The position numbers and the translations under genes are program-made. The notes beneath the pieces were generated by a model. It saw only the letters and a program-made list of their open reading frames with translations. It had not been told where the DNA came from and searched no databases. A DNA stretch of 64,000 nucleotides, taken from IMG/VR virus record IMGVR_UViG_3300017917_003379. One strand, 5' to 3'. This document shows, piece by piece, positions 8,543 to 19,150 of the stretch. Numbering within the stretch: the stretch's first letter is position 1; each line of letters starts with the position of its first letter. The DNA is from a virus.

Positions 8543-10183
8543 ATGAACATCCAACAATTATTAGAGTCGTCTAACCAATATAAGGTTATTGCTGACGACG
8601 CAAGAAAACTTAACTCCAAGTGGGTTAAATCTGGCCTTTTAGAAGGTTTAAAGAATGAGAACGATCGCAACACTATGGCGATGTTACTCGAAAACCAAGC
8701 TAAGCAATTAGTAACTGAAGCTTCTCAAACTGGTACTGCTACCATCGGTGGTGGTGGATATGGTCAGGAAGCTTGGAATGGTGTAGCTTTACCATTAGTA
8801 CGTCGTGTATTTGGTGAAATCGCCGCTAAAGAATTCGTTAGTGTACAGCCTATGAATTTACCTTCTGGTCTTGTATTCTATTTAGATTTCAAATACGGTA
8901 GCAACTTCCCCGATCCTTTCACCCAGAATGGTTCTTTATATGGTGCTAACGCTACTACTAACGTAACTGACATTGCTTCTCAGTCGCTTTATGGTGCTGG
9001 TCGCTTTGGTTACACTATCAACCAATTCTCTGCTTCTATTACCAATGCTGGTACTAGTTCAGCTACATGGGCTGATTTCAACTTTGATTCTGACTATTCA
9101 GCTTCTGCTGCTGCTGGTTCTTGGAAGAAAATCTTAGTTCCCCTTCCTTCTACTGCTGATCAGCTTGGCGTTCGTGCTTTCACTATCGCTTCTGGTTCTA
9201 TCGGTGTAAGTGATGTATTACAAGCTTTCACTACTGTAACTAACAGTACTGCTTCGTTTATTGTTACTGGTTCGCTTGTAGCTGCTAATATGAGTCCTAC
9301 TGCTGCTACTGTAACATTATATTTCAATGTTGCTCCTCTTTCTACTGCTCGTGGTGATTTTGAAGATGCTAGCGGTGCTGGTTATCCTTCATACAACAGC
9401 ACAGCTGCTGGTGCAGGTAGTGCAATTGCTATTCCTGAAATCAATGTTCAGTTAAAATCTGAGCCTATTGTTGCTAAAACTCGTAAGTTAAAAGCACAGT
9501 GGACTCCAGAATTCGCTCAGGATCTTAACGCTTACCATAGTGTAGATGCTGAAGCTGAATTAACTGGTATTCTATCTCAGTACATCTCTATGGAAATCGA
9601 CCTCGAAATTCTAGATATGTTAATCCAAAATGCTTTCACTAAAGATTACTGGAGTGCTGTCAACAACGTAACTATCGACTCTAACGGTGTTACTAATCCT
9701 GCTGCTTTAGCTTCTGGTTATTACAACACTCAGGGTGGTTGGTTCCAAACTTTAGGTACTAAACTTCAGAAAGTATCTAACAAAATTCATCAGTTAACTC
9801 TTCGTGGTGGCGCTAACTTCCTCGTAACTTCTCCCACTGTAGCTACTATCCTTGAATCTATTCCTGGATTTGCTGCTGATGGTGATGGTGAAAAGATGGA
9901 ATTCAACTTCGGTATTCAGAAGGTTGGTTCTCTCAATAGCCGTTACAAGGTTTATAAGAACCCATACATGACTGAAAACGTAATCTTAATGGGTTACAAA
10001 GGTGCTCAGTTCCTTGAGTGTGGTGCTGTATTTGCTCCATATGTGCCTTTAATCATGACTCCTCTTCTTTACGATCCTAATACCTTCACTCCACGTAAAG
10101 GTTTGATGACTCGTTACGCTAAGAAGATGATTAGACCGGACTATTATGGGAAGATTTATGTTAGTGGTTTAAATACTCTCTAA
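8543..10183 (+). CDS. Major capsid protein (T4 gp23-like)
   Basis: LPLVRRVF, VSVQPMNLPSGLVFYLDF, AKTRKLKAQWTPEFAQDLNAYH, EIDLEIL, YVPL, FTPRKGLMTRYA. Strongly biased codon usage. Confidence 0.96.
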   Translation: MNIQQLLESSNQYKVIADDARKLNSKWVKSGLLEGLKNENDRNTMAMLLENQAKQLVTEASQTGTATIGGGGYGQEAWNGVALPLVRRVFGEIAAKEFVSVQPMNLPSGLVFYLDFKYGSNFPDPFTQNGSLYGANATTNVTDIASQSLYGAGRFGYTINQFSASITNAGTSSATWADFNFDSDYSASAAAGSWKKILVPLPSTADQLGVRAFTIASGSIGVSDVLQAFTTVTNSTASFIVTGSLVAANMSPTAATVTLYFNVAPLSTARGDFEDASGAGYPSYNSTAAGAGSAIAIPEINVQLKSEPIVAKTRKLKAQWTPEFAQDLNAYHSVDAEAELTGILSQYISMEIDLEILDMLIQNAFTKDYWSAVNNVTIDSNGVTNPAALASGYYNTQGGWFQTLGTKLQKVSNKIHQLTLRGGANFLVTSPTVATILESIPGFAADGDGEKMEFNFGIQKVGSLNSRYKVYKNPYMTENVILMGYKGAQFLECGAVFAPYVPLIMTPLLYDPNTFTPRKGLMTRYAKKMIRPDYYGKIYVSGLNTL

Positions 10184-10221
10184 TATATAACAAATATTTA
10201 GTCCCGTAAGACTAAAAAAAC

Positions 10222-10252
10222 AAAAGGCTCGAGGTAATACTCGGGCCTTTTT
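10222..10252 (+). terminator. Intrinsic terminator after the capsid gene
   Basis: aaaaggctcgag-gtaata-ctcgggcc followed by a T-run. Confidence 0.8.
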
Positions 10253-10337
10253 ATATATTTAAAGGCGGTTCGTTTCATTATACTAATACACAACCTCTTA
10301 CTGTAAATGAAAATAGAGTAAAATCTGATAAAATAAC

Positions 10338-10811
10338 ATGAAATTAATAGAAATTATACAACAATTAATTCAAGAAAATAAAGATTTTCCTTGGATAGAA
10401 CAACGTGAATATGAATTATTAGCTGAATTTAATTATAATTTAGAAGATACATATCCAATAACAAATGAATTACCATTTAATATTGAATTTAAAGATGAAC
10501 AAAATGGATTAAATATTACTAAAGGTAAATTAAATAATGATTTTATTGAGATAAAATTATATTGGGTAGATAATCAAGGTAAAGTAAGAATGGATACACC
10601 TGAAGGTATTTTACCCAAAACAATGAATACTCATTTGAATAATATTTTAAATAAATTTTTACCTAATTATAATAAATTTTTAATAAGACCTAATGATGAT
10701 GTAAGATATAGATTATTCCAATTATTACTAAACAAATATATTAATAAAAATCAATGGAATATGGAATTTAATCCTGAAAATAAATCAATATTTTTAGTTA
10801 AGTATACTTAG
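10338..10811 (+). CDS. Putative internal head protein
   Basis: Leader MKLIEIIQQLIQE. Lies between two hairpin-plus-terminator units after the capsid gene. Confidence 0.5.
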   Translation: MKLIEIIQQLIQENKDFPWIEQREYELLAEFNYNLEDTYPITNELPFNIEFKDEQNGLNITKGKLNNDFIEIKLYWVDNQGKVRMDTPEGILPKTMNTHLNNILNKFLPNYNKFLIRPNDDVRYRLFQLLLNKYINKNQWNMEFNPENKSIFLVKYT

Positions 10812-10831
10812 CCCCGTAAGGTTAAAAATTT

Positions 10832-10862
10832 AAAACCCGAGCCCGTAAGCTCGGGTTTTTTC
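10832..10862 (+). terminator. Intrinsic terminator
   Basis: aaaacccgagc-ccgtaa-gctcgggtttttt. Confidence 0.85.
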
Positions 10863-10878
10863 TTATATTTATACGAGA

Positions 10879-11154
10879 ATGAATATTAAAATTGACATAT
10901 TCAATGAGATACCTTGGCCTCAATTTAGACAACTAAAAGAGGTAGCTCATTTATCTGAAAGAGATAAAATAAGACATTATAATTTTTATCTGGAACAACT
11001 AAACACAGCTAGATTCCAAAATTGGTATAATGCTCAACCTAAAGGACCAAGAAAAGTAATAGTAGCTGAAGGTTTTCTCCAACAGGAAAATTTATTTTAT
11101 ATATTACAAGAAGATGGATCTAAAATTTACATAACAATAGAAAAAGAAATTTAA
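10879..11154 (+). CDS. Small virion-associated protein
   Basis: Behind ATATTTAT. C-terminal FLQQEN..ILQEDGSKI motif of a kind seen in phage structural proteins. Confidence 0.45.
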   Translation: MNIKIDIFNEIPWPQFRQLKEVAHLSERDKIRHYNFYLEQLNTARFQNWYNAQPKGPRKVIVAEGFLQQENLFYILQEDGSKIYITIEKEI

Positions 11155-11164
11155 ACATACACCT

Positions 11165-11722
11165 ATGCCAGATTTACCAATATCACAATTACCAGTTGCA
11201 GGAACTCTAACTGGAACTGAATTATTTCCTTTAGTACAAGGAGGTGTTACAAAATATAGTACTTTAGATACTATAAACAAGTATGATAAAACGTATGGAG
11301 CCTTTCAAACTAACCAAACATTATCAGGTTCAGCCAACGTATCTCAGTCTTTTATAATAGATACTTTAGATGAAGCTATAGGAATAAGCATATCTGACAA
11401 TTCTAAAATTGTGTTTAGTAAAACTGGAGTATACAACATACAATTTTCAGCACAAATAGCTCAAGGGCCATCTTCTGGCACTGTGTATATTTGGTTTAAA
11501 CGTAATGGATCTAACATTATTGAATCTAATACAGCAGTAACTGTTCCTAGTAATCAGTTTTTAGTAGCAGCATGGAATTTTGTAAAAACATTTAACGCTG
11601 GGGACTATGCTGAAATAGCATGGTTAAGCACTAGTTCTAACACTACATTCCCATATACAAACCCAGGATTAGGAATGCCTGTAATTCCTGCTCTTATAGT
11701 TACAGTAACTCAAATAAGATAA
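11165..11722 (+). CDS. Fibre/decoration protein with C1q/BclA-like beta C-terminal domain
   Basis: N-terminal ISQLP..LTGTELFPLVQGGVT fibre-type motif. C-terminal KTGVYNIQFSAQI..AGDYAEI. Confidence 0.55.
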   Translation: MPDLPISQLPVAGTLTGTELFPLVQGGVTKYSTLDTINKYDKTYGAFQTNQTLSGSANVSQSFIIDTLDEAIGISISDNSKIVFSKTGVYNIQFSAQIAQGPSSGTVYIWFKRNGSNIIESNTAVTVPSNQFLVAAWNFVKTFNAGDYAEIAWLSTSSNTTFPYTNPGLGMPVIPALIVTVTQIR

Positions 11723-11744
11723 TATTTATATTAAATGATACAGT

Positions 11745-12413
11745 ATGAGAGAACCTAATCGTGAGCGTAAAACAGATATTAAATCTATTAACGCTATACA
11801 GTTAAATGAAGAACAGAAAGAAGCAAAAAAACTAATAGTTGATAATCAAATAGTAATAGTAACAGGAAGAGCAGGTTCGGGTAAATCATTAGTATGTGCC
11901 CAAGCTGCTCTTGATTTTTTAAAGAAAAAACAAATAGACTGTATATATAATACTAGAGCTGCAATTGAAGTAGGTAAAAGTTTAGGGTATTTACCTGGTA
12001 ATTTAGGTGAAAAATTTGATCCATACATGGAAGCTCTTGTTGAAAATTTAAATAAATGTTGTACAAATAAAAGAGAAATTCCTGATTTAGTTGCTGATGG
12101 GAAAATAAAAGCAATGCCTGTTCAATTTATTCGTGGTAAAACAATAGACGATATGTTAATTGTAGAAGAAGCACAAAATCTAACTAAAGGTGAAATGCTA
12201 GCAATATTAACTCGTTTAGGTAAAACAGGTAAAATTGTCATAAATGGAGATAATGAACAATCAGATATCAGAACTCCTGATGGACAAATGAATGGTTTGC
12301 AATATGCAATTGAATTATCTAAAAAAATAGATGGAATTAAGTGGATTAAATTAAAAGAAAACCATAGAAGTGACCTAGTAGGTAAGATACTTGAGTATGA
12401 ATATGGGAAGTAA
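11745..12413 (+). CDS. phoH: PhoH family ATPase
   Basis: GRAGSGKS, LGYLPG, FIRGKT, EEAQN, LTRLG, GDNEQSD, HRS. Confidence 0.93.
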   Translation: MREPNRERKTDIKSINAIQLNEEQKEAKKLIVDNQIVIVTGRAGSGKSLVCAQAALDFLKKKQIDCIYNTRAAIEVGKSLGYLPGNLGEKFDPYMEALVENLNKCCTNKREIPDLVADGKIKAMPVQFIRGKTIDDMLIVEEAQNLTKGEMLAILTRLGKTGKIVINGDNEQSDIRTPDGQMNGLQYAIELSKKIDGIKWIKLKENHRSDLVGKILEYEYGK

Positions 12414-12444
12414 GTATATTTATACGTGTTAAATACTAGGTATA

Positions 12445-14085
12445 ATGGCTGTAAACTTAAAAGATTTATACGATATTTACGGAGGTAACCCTTCATATCT
12501 TTCCCCAGTAAAAGGAAACACCCCGTTTGAATATTACACAAATGACCCTGAATTCACCACAGATGCACTCAGTGTGGCTCGTTTTGTTGCTCAAAGATTA
12601 GGTGTAGTAGGTAGTACTTTTAATAATATTACACAACAGTGTAATCCTTCTCCTAGTGTTTTAAGCATTACTGATTTAACAGTATATGCTGCTTTTGAAG
12701 AAGCAGTTACTACTTATGGTAATTTAGTTTACCAATATAAGATTAGAGATCAATACATTAATATGGAAGGTTCAGAAACATTACCTTTCTTCCATAATAC
12801 TATTACGTATGTTAATAGTAATGATGTAAATTCTCCTATAACTTGGTCTTCTGCTAGAGTAGCTCTTTGGAATGATATAGACAATGAACCCTCTTTATCT
12901 GCATCCGTAGCTGCAGGAAACATATATGTTATTTCAGCATCGATAGCCGATTTTATTAATCCTGATTTAAATTTTATTAAATCATTTAATTTAGCTGATA
13001 ACTATACTAGTGGAAGTACAAACTATAATTTAAGTTCATTTGTTTATAACCAGTTTAATAAAGTAGCAGGTCCTACTTCAGCTTCTGTTATTACATCAGG
13101 TAAAGACTATGTGTACTTATTTACTACTAATCCTGATATAGCAGGTGGATCAACATTCTTTGGAGCTAATCCAATACCAACTGTTTATATACAGTCTAAT
13201 TTAAAGAATGCTTTAAATAATAAATTACTAAATAATAATTTAGCCACTATTACTACTCGTATAGCAGAAGACTATGCTGCTGAAGCAGGTGTTGGTGGTT
13301 TTTATAATGTAAAAACAGGCTCGTTATATATGACAACGGGTCAACAAAATTACAATTTAAACGCTTGGGCTTCAGCTTCAGCATCATTAGCTGAAGGAGA
13401 CTCAATTGAAATTAGAAGAGTATTTTACCAACAACAACCAGCAATTGTTCGTTATTTTGATCCATATGCTGGTACAGGTACAGGTATCCAATCATTACTT
13501 GAATCATTTGGATTTGGTCAATTTTCTCCTGGTATTAATTTCTTATTAATGCCTATATATTTTGACGTTCAAAAAGTACAAGCGATTGAACTAAATGACC
13601 AAATAAGAAAAGCAGATTATTCATTTGATTTAAGAAATAATCAGTTAAAAATATTCCCCATACCAACAGAGGATAGATTATTGTTTTTTGAATACGTTAC
13701 TACAAGTGATAAAAACAACATATTAAGGGATAAAAGAACAAATGTAGTAACAGATATAATGAATGTGCCTTATAAAAATCCCATTTATTCCAACATTAAT
13801 ACCGTTGGTAGAACCTGGATATTTAGATACACATTAGCCATCTGTAAAGAAATTGAAGCACATATCCGTATCCAGTTTGCTAATATGCAAATTCAAGGAG
13901 TAGGACCGCTTCAAGGTAGTGAATTAATCACTGATGCTAGAACAGAAAAAGAAAACCTAATTACTGAACTAAAGGAAATGTTAAATGAAACATCACGTAA
14001 AGGTCAGCTTGAACGTAAACAACAAGAAGCTCAATTTACTCGTGATACATTAGCAAATGTTCCTTTACCAATCTATATAATGTAA
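12445..14085 (+). CDS. Neck/head-completion protein (gp13-like) with a large insertion
   Basis: AQRLG..AFEEAV at the N-terminus, YSFDLRNNQLKIFPIP, WIFRYTLAICKE, GSELITDARTEKENL. Position fits. Confidence 0.65.
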   Translation: MAVNLKDLYDIYGGNPSYLSPVKGNTPFEYYTNDPEFTTDALSVARFVAQRLGVVGSTFNNITQQCNPSPSVLSITDLTVYAAFEEAVTTYGNLVYQYKIRDQYINMEGSETLPFFHNTITYVNSNDVNSPITWSSARVALWNDIDNEPSLSASVAAGNIYVISASIADFINPDLNFIKSFNLADNYTSGSTNYNLSSFVYNQFNKVAGPTSASVITSGKDYVYLFTTNPDIAGGSTFFGANPIPTVYIQSNLKNALNNKLLNNNLATITTRIAEDYAAEAGVGGFYNVKTGSLYMTTGQQNYNLNAWASASASLAEGDSIEIRRVFYQQQPAIVRYFDPYAGTGTGIQSLLESFGFGQFSPGINFLLMPIYFDVQKVQAIELNDQIRKADYSFDLRNNQLKIFPIPTEDRLLFFEYVTTSDKNNILRDKRTNVVTDIMNVPYKNPIYSNINTVGRTWIFRYTLAICKEIEAHIRIQFANMQIQGVGPLQGSELITDARTEKENLITELKEMLNETSRKGQLERKQQEAQFTRDTLANVPLPIYIM

Positions 14086-14086
14086 T

Positions 14087-14677
14087 ATGGCGTGGCCTAG
14101 AACTGGATTAGTATATCTTAATAACACTAGTGTTCCCACACCTGGTGTTTGTTTATCAACAGCAGCAACAGGCTCTTGTGGTGGAGGACCTGGTGGTGGA
14201 GGTGGAACTGGTGGTGGAGGTGGAGGAGGATTAGATCCTATTTTGGTAGGTCAAATACTTAACACTAACCAAAACGTTATATATTACAAAATAAATCTAG
14301 AACAAACAGTAACAAATATGTATGGTGAGTCACTAGAAAAGTGGTACTATACTGGAGTAGATGTACGTTGTAATATAAATAGAGGAGCAACTTCTAATCC
14401 AGATGATGAGTTTGGTATAGGTATAGCTCAAAATATAACAGTAGACATACCTAGAGCTCTTATCCAAACATATAATTTTCTACCAGAAGTAGGAGATATA
14501 TTAATGGACAGAGAAAGATATTATGAAGTAAATGCTGTGGATTCACAATTTGTAACTATACCAGGAACGGGAGCGTCAAATAGTGTACAAGGAACAACAG
14601 GACAAATTGTAATGTTTTCCTTATCATGTTATTTAACAAGAATAACAAAACTTAATATTATACCATATTATCAATGA
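14087..14677 (+). CDS. Neck/head-closure protein (gp14-like)
   Basis: YYKINLEQTVTNMYGES, PEVGDI, YYEVN. Gly-run linker near the N-terminus. Confidence 0.6.
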   Translation: MAWPRTGLVYLNNTSVPTPGVCLSTAATGSCGGGPGGGGGTGGGGGGGLDPILVGQILNTNQNVIYYKINLEQTVTNMYGESLEKWYYTGVDVRCNINRGATSNPDDEFGIGIAQNITVDIPRALIQTYNFLPEVGDILMDRERYYEVNAVDSQFVTIPGTGASNSVQGTTGQIVMFSLSCYLTRITKLNIIPYYQ

Positions 14678-15012
14678 TGAAAATAGCAAATATATTACTT
14701 GAAGGAGCTACTTTATATAAAGTAGATATCTTGATTAAAACCAAGAAAGAAGCTAATAAAGTAGAAATATATAATCAAATTAGAGCATTAACAAATGTTG
14801 TAGTTGTTACTGTTGAGCAAAATGATTTCTTAATTAGTAAATCAACTGATCAGTTTGATTATGAATTATTACATATAAAATTCTTATCAACTAAAGAACC
14901 TAAAGAAACTATAGATGAAATTAAAAAAGATGCCATGATTACTAGACGTATTCCTGGTTTGCTTCAATTCATAGTAAGGTATAAAACAATTCAATCAAAA
15001 GGTAAATATTAA
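14674..15012 (+). CDS. Putative internal head protein
   Basis: Leader MKIANILLE. Confidence 0.45.
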   Translation: MMKIANILLEGATLYKVDILIKTKKEANKVEIYNQIRALTNVVVVTVEQNDFLISKSTDQFDYELLHIKFLSTKEPKETIDEIKKDAMITRRIPGLLQFIVRYKTIQSKGKY

Positions 15013-15016
15013 TATA

Positions 15017-15370
15017 ATGATAAAACTATTAAACATACTAAGCGAATTAGAAAAACCCCAACAAATATATAGTCCAGGATATGGACCTGGAAATGAACCT
15101 GATCAATTAATTTCAAAAGGATTCACAACTACTCCTCCAGAAATAGATCCAGAAACTGGAAGATCAACTTCTTTCGTAAAATATTTACCTGCATTCAAAC
15201 AAATGCGTATTGATCTTGTAAAAAAAAGAAATGAAGTAAAACCATTTAAATTTTCTTCTAACCCTGATATAGCTAATACAGCTAAAGAAGTAGATAAAAT
15301 AATGGGTAAACTATCTCAATTAATATTTGTTTTAGATAAAATGGTTGAATTACAGCAAAAAAATAGATAA
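15017..15370 (+). CDS. Putative internal head protein
   Basis: Leader MIKLLNILSE. Confidence 0.45.
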   Translation: MIKLLNILSELEKPQQIYSPGYGPGNEPDQLISKGFTTTPPEIDPETGRSTSFVKYLPAFKQMRIDLVKKRNEVKPFKFSSNPDIANTAKEVDKIMGKLSQLIFVLDKMVELQQKNR

Positions 15371-16644
15371 TGGCTCGTCCTAGAAAACCAACACCTTTAA
15401 ATCAATCTCAAATTACTAATAAGGTTATCAACCCACCTTATTTAGATAATACTGCTAGAGATGTACAGGAGACTTTATTTTCTCAAAATAGAGGTGAAAA
15501 TCTTTCTATGAGGGGGGATAAAGTAAAAACAGTCAGTGTTGGTATACAGGATATAGATGAGGCTGTAATTTATTATTTTAATAATATAATTAAACCTACT
15601 GTTATTCAAGATGGGAACAGAATAGCTGTAAAAGCTATATATGCTTCCCCTGAACGTTGGAAATCTGTTCAAGCTGATGGTTTTTATAGAGATGGTAATG
15701 GGCAAACTGCTGTACCTTTAATTGTATTTAAACGTGATAATATTGAAAAAGTTAGAACATTAGGTAATAAACTAGATGGTAACTTTGCTGCTTTATATCA
15801 AGTAATAGGAACTAAATATAATTCTAGAAACCAATACGATAAATTTTCCATATTAAATAATAGAATCCCATCAGAACAATATTATTTATCAGTAGTACCT
15901 GACTATGTTACTGTAAGTTATAGTTGTATTGTATTTACTAATTTTGTAGAACAAAACAACAAAATAATAGAAGCAATTGAATACGCTTCTGATTCATATT
16001 GGGGTGATTTAAACAGATGGAGATTTAAAGCCACTATTGATTCATTTGCTACTACTACATTGATTGAAAATGGATTAGATAGAGCAGCCAAATCAACATT
16101 TAATATTAAATTAAATGGATATCTAATTCCAGATACAGTAAACCGAGATTTAACAGATGCTCGTAATAAATTCTATACTAAATCTCAAGTTATATTTGAT
16201 TTAGAAGTAGTAGATGCTGGTAGTACTACTAATGATATTGAAAGAATGAAATTTGCTAATAAAGCCCCTGCTGCAAATTCACTTGCAGCTACATCATTTA
16301 TTGGAGGAGGAGTTAACGTGACAAACAATAATACATACATAAGTACAGCCACATCAGGTGATTTAACATACCTTAATACTAATAAAACATTACAAGCAAC
16401 ATCTGTTACTGCACCTAACTCAGCAACATTTACAGGATCAATATTGCAACCTCCAGAAGGATCAACATTGCCTTCTACAACAGTAAATAACTTTACATTC
16501 TATATTAATGGTCAATATGTACCGTCTTCATTAGTTACTTTTGGTATAGGTATGGGAACAGTAACAGCTGTTTTCGATACAACTAATTTAGGTTATACAT
16601 TAGAAACAGATGATGAAATAATAGCAATAGGAAAATGGCAATAA
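15370..16644 (+). CDS. Tail terminator/sheath stabiliser (gp15-like) with C-terminal extension
   Basis: DIDEAVIYYF, YASPERW, VPLIVFKR, PDYVTVSY, EQNNKIIE, GYLIPD. Position after the neck genes. Confidence 0.6.
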   Translation: MARPRKPTPLNQSQITNKVINPPYLDNTARDVQETLFSQNRGENLSMRGDKVKTVSVGIQDIDEAVIYYFNNIIKPTVIQDGNRIAVKAIYASPERWKSVQADGFYRDGNGQTAVPLIVFKRDNIEKVRTLGNKLDGNFAALYQVIGTKYNSRNQYDKFSILNNRIPSEQYYLSVVPDYVTVSYSCIVFTNFVEQNNKIIEAIEYASDSYWGDLNRWRFKATIDSFATTTLIENGLDRAAKSTFNIKLNGYLIPDTVNRDLTDARNKFYTKSQVIFDLEVVDAGSTTNDIERMKFANKAPAANSLAATSFIGGGVNVTNNNTYISTATSGDLTYLNTNKTLQATSVTAPNSATFTGSILQPPEGSTLPSTTVNNFTFYINGQYVPSSLVTFGIGMGTVTAVFDTTNLGYTLETDDEIIAIGKWQ

Positions 16645-16645
16645 T

Positions 16646-16861
16646 ATGGCACGATTAAAATTAAAACAAATATTGTCTAATATGAGCTATAATAGTAGTT
16701 CAAATCAACTTACTATTAAGGGTGAAGAAAATGCTTTAATAATATCTGGTTCAGTACAAGTTACTTCAACTCCAACAACAACAGGATCTCTTACAATCCA
16801 AAATATAGACAGTTTTGGTGATTCAGGTAGCTTCTCTACATTAGATTTAGGGGAGTATTAA
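16646..16861 (+). CDS. Small structural hypothetical protein
   Basis: 71-aa Ser/Thr-rich ORF ending DLGEY, before the fibre gene. Confidence 0.45.
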   Translation: MARLKLKQILSNMSYNSSSNQLTIKGEENALIISGSVQVTSTPTTTGSLTIQNIDSFGDSGSFSTLDLGEY

Positions 16862-16927
16862 TATTTATTATAGCGCTACATAGCCTGTAATTTTATTTTA
16901 GTACATACTAAACCCCTATAATGACAT

Positions 16928-19150
16928 ATGTCAAATCAATTTCTTAAACTACGCCGTAGTTCTATACCTGGTAAAACGCCTACTACATCTTCATTAGATT
17001 TTGGAGAATTAGCTCTTAATACCTACGATGGAAAGGTATTTATGAAAAAGAGTGGTAGTGGAGGTGAAGAAATAATTGCTATAGGAGCCATTGATACTGG
17101 CTCTTTCGTTACAACATCTAGCTTCAATAATTTCACCTCATCCTATAATACAGGTTCATTTACAGGATCCTTTACAGGTTCATTACAGGGAACTTCTAGT
17201 TGGGCTAACAATGCTATTTCATCTTCATTTGCTGCTACTGCTTCTAATGTTAATCAACTTAATCAAGCTGTAGTAATATCTGGTTCTCTAACAGTAAGTG
17301 GTTCAACTAATTTTGTGGGCACTTCAGGAACTACTTTATTTAACGCCAATGCTGATACTTTAATATTTACAGGTTCATTATTTACAAGTGGGTCTATTAT
17401 ATCTACAGGTTCATTAAACATAACCAGTATAACTAGTTCTTTATTAGGAACGGCTTCATTTGCTTCTACAGCTTCATTTGTACAAACAGCCCAAACAGCA
17501 TCATATGTTTTACAAGCAGTGAGTGCTTCGTTTGCTACTAGTGCCTCCTTTGCAGTTAGTTCATCTAGAGCAGTTTCATCAAGTTTTTCAATAAGTTCTT
17601 CATTTGCAACTAGTGCCTCATTTGCAATTAGTTCATCTAGAGCAGTTTCATCAAGTTTTTCAATAAGTTCTTCATTTGCAACTAGTGCATCTTTTGCTTC
17701 AACATCTATATCATCAAATTTTGCAACTACTGCTGATAATTTAAATGGATTCGGGACACGTAATGGGTTATCTATTTATTCTACTAACGTAATACAATTA
17801 GGAGGAGAATTGCAAAATGAAAATACTATTTTATTTAAAAAAGATACAAGTACTCCTTCAAAACACAATATTATATTTCAACAATTAGATTTATATAATG
17901 AAGCTTATGAAACATCTTCTGGAATCATATTCAGACAAGCTTCAGGATCATATGACTTTCCTGCTCGAACTTTAAAAGATGATATAATAAGTATAATACA
18001 AAATCAAGGATATAATGAAAGTGGATATTGGGACACATCAAGTGCTAACATTATTGTAAAATCATTGAATGACCATACATCAAATGGAGGTGATGCAGGA
18101 AATGGAGCTGAAATCATATTTCAAACAACACCTCCTGGAAAAGATGGAAACAATAATAATTTTATAGCTCAAGATTCATTAATAATTAGAGGAAATGGGG
18201 ATTTAACATTTAATGCTTATACTTCATCTAGAGATGATGGATCAACTATAAGGGTTTTATATCCTGATTATAATGGAGATATAAAAGTAGGAAATGTTGA
18301 TTTTAGTGGAGTTACAATCGACACAGGCTCATTAGTTACTACTGCTAGCTTTAATAACTTTACATCATCTTACAATACAGGTTCATTTACAGGATCATTT
18401 ACAGGATCGTTGCAAGGAACTTCTAGTTGGGCAGACAATGCTGTTTCATCTTCATTTGCTTCTACAGCTTCATTTGTGCAAACAGCTCAAACTGCTTCAT
18501 ACGTTTTACAAGCAGTGAGTGCTTCATTTGCAACTAGTGCTTCATTTGCTTCTACAGCTTCATTTGTGCAAACAGCTCAAACTGCTTCATACGTTTTACA
18601 AGCAGTGAGTGCTTCATTTGCTTCTACGGCTTCATTTATATCTGAATCTGTAATAAGATCTGCTATTAGTTTAACTACTACCGGAACAAATGGAACTGCT
18701 TCTTATGATGCTTCTACTGGAATTATTAATATTCCTCGATATGATAATAACCGCCAAACAATTGCTGTATTTATGGGAAGTGGAAACGCAGGCACAGTAG
18801 GTGCCGGCGTTACTACATTTATATTCCCAAATGGTCAAATAACATACAATACACCTGAAACTGCTCGTAGTATTATATTTCCAACTAATGGTGTATTACG
18901 ACGCATGTATGTACGAATTACTACTCCACAACCAGCAACAGGTACACTTGTTTTTACGGTTCGCGTAAATGGTTCCAACACTGCACTTTCAATCACTATC
19001 CCTGCAGGTAGCAGTACATCTATCCATTCAGACCTAACAAACAGTGTAACAATTAATGCTGGTGATGTAGCATCAGTGCAAGTAGTTAATAATGCTTCTA
19101 CTACTAGTGCTGGTCTTATTTCTTTATCACTTGAATTTACAAATAATTAA
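16928..19150 (+). CDS. Tail fibre / receptor-binding protein
   Basis: N-terminal LKLRRSSIPGKTPTTSSLDFGELALNTYDGKVF fibre motif. TGSF and SASFA repeats. Beta-rich C-terminal domain. Confidence 0.8.
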   Translation: MSNQFLKLRRSSIPGKTPTTSSLDFGELALNTYDGKVFMKKSGSGGEEIIAIGAIDTGSFVTTSSFNNFTSSYNTGSFTGSFTGSLQGTSSWANNAISSSFAATASNVNQLNQAVVISGSLTVSGSTNFVGTSGTTLFNANADTLIFTGSLFTSGSIISTGSLNITSITSSLLGTASFASTASFVQTAQTASYVLQAVSASFATSASFAVSSSRAVSSSFSISSSFATSASFAISSSRAVSSSFSISSSFATSASFASTSISSNFATTADNLNGFGTRNGLSIYSTNVIQLGGELQNENTILFKKDTSTPSKHNIIFQQLDLYNEAYETSSGIIFRQASGSYDFPARTLKDDIISIIQNQGYNESGYWDTSSANIIVKSLNDHTSNGGDAGNGAEIIFQTTPPGKDGNNNNFIAQDSLIIRGNGDLTFNAYTSSRDDGSTIRVLYPDYNGDIKVGNVDFSGVTIDTGSLVTTASFNNFTSSYNTGSFTGSFTGSLQGTSSWADNAVSSSFASTASFVQTAQTASYVLQAVSASFATSASFASTASFVQTAQTASYVLQAVSASFASTASFISESVIRSAISLTTTGTNGTASYDASTGIINIPRYDNNRQTIAVFMGSGNAGTVGAGVTTFIFPNGQITYNTPETARSIIFPTNGVLRRMYVRITTPQPATGTLVFTVRVNGSNTALSITIPAGSSTSIHSDLTNSVTINAGDVASVQVVNNASTTSAGLISLSLEFTNN
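17093..18635 (+). repeat. Internal repeats in the tail-fibre gene
   Basis: About 140-bp unit at ~17093 and ~18320. SFASTASFVQTAQTASYVLQAVSASFA three times (~17455, ~18452, ~18540). SSSRAVSSSFSISSSFATSASFA twice in tandem (~17557-17697). Confidence 0.85.

Noticed and set aside
14179-14230. GGT/GGA run as a G-quadruplex or contingency locus
   Set aside because: Explained as an in-frame glycine linker in the neck protein with mixed codons.
16928-19150. Diversity-generating retroelement acting on the tail fibre
   Set aside because: No reverse transcriptase in the window. The repeats are in-frame coding units whose differences are mostly synonymous rather than adenine-specific.
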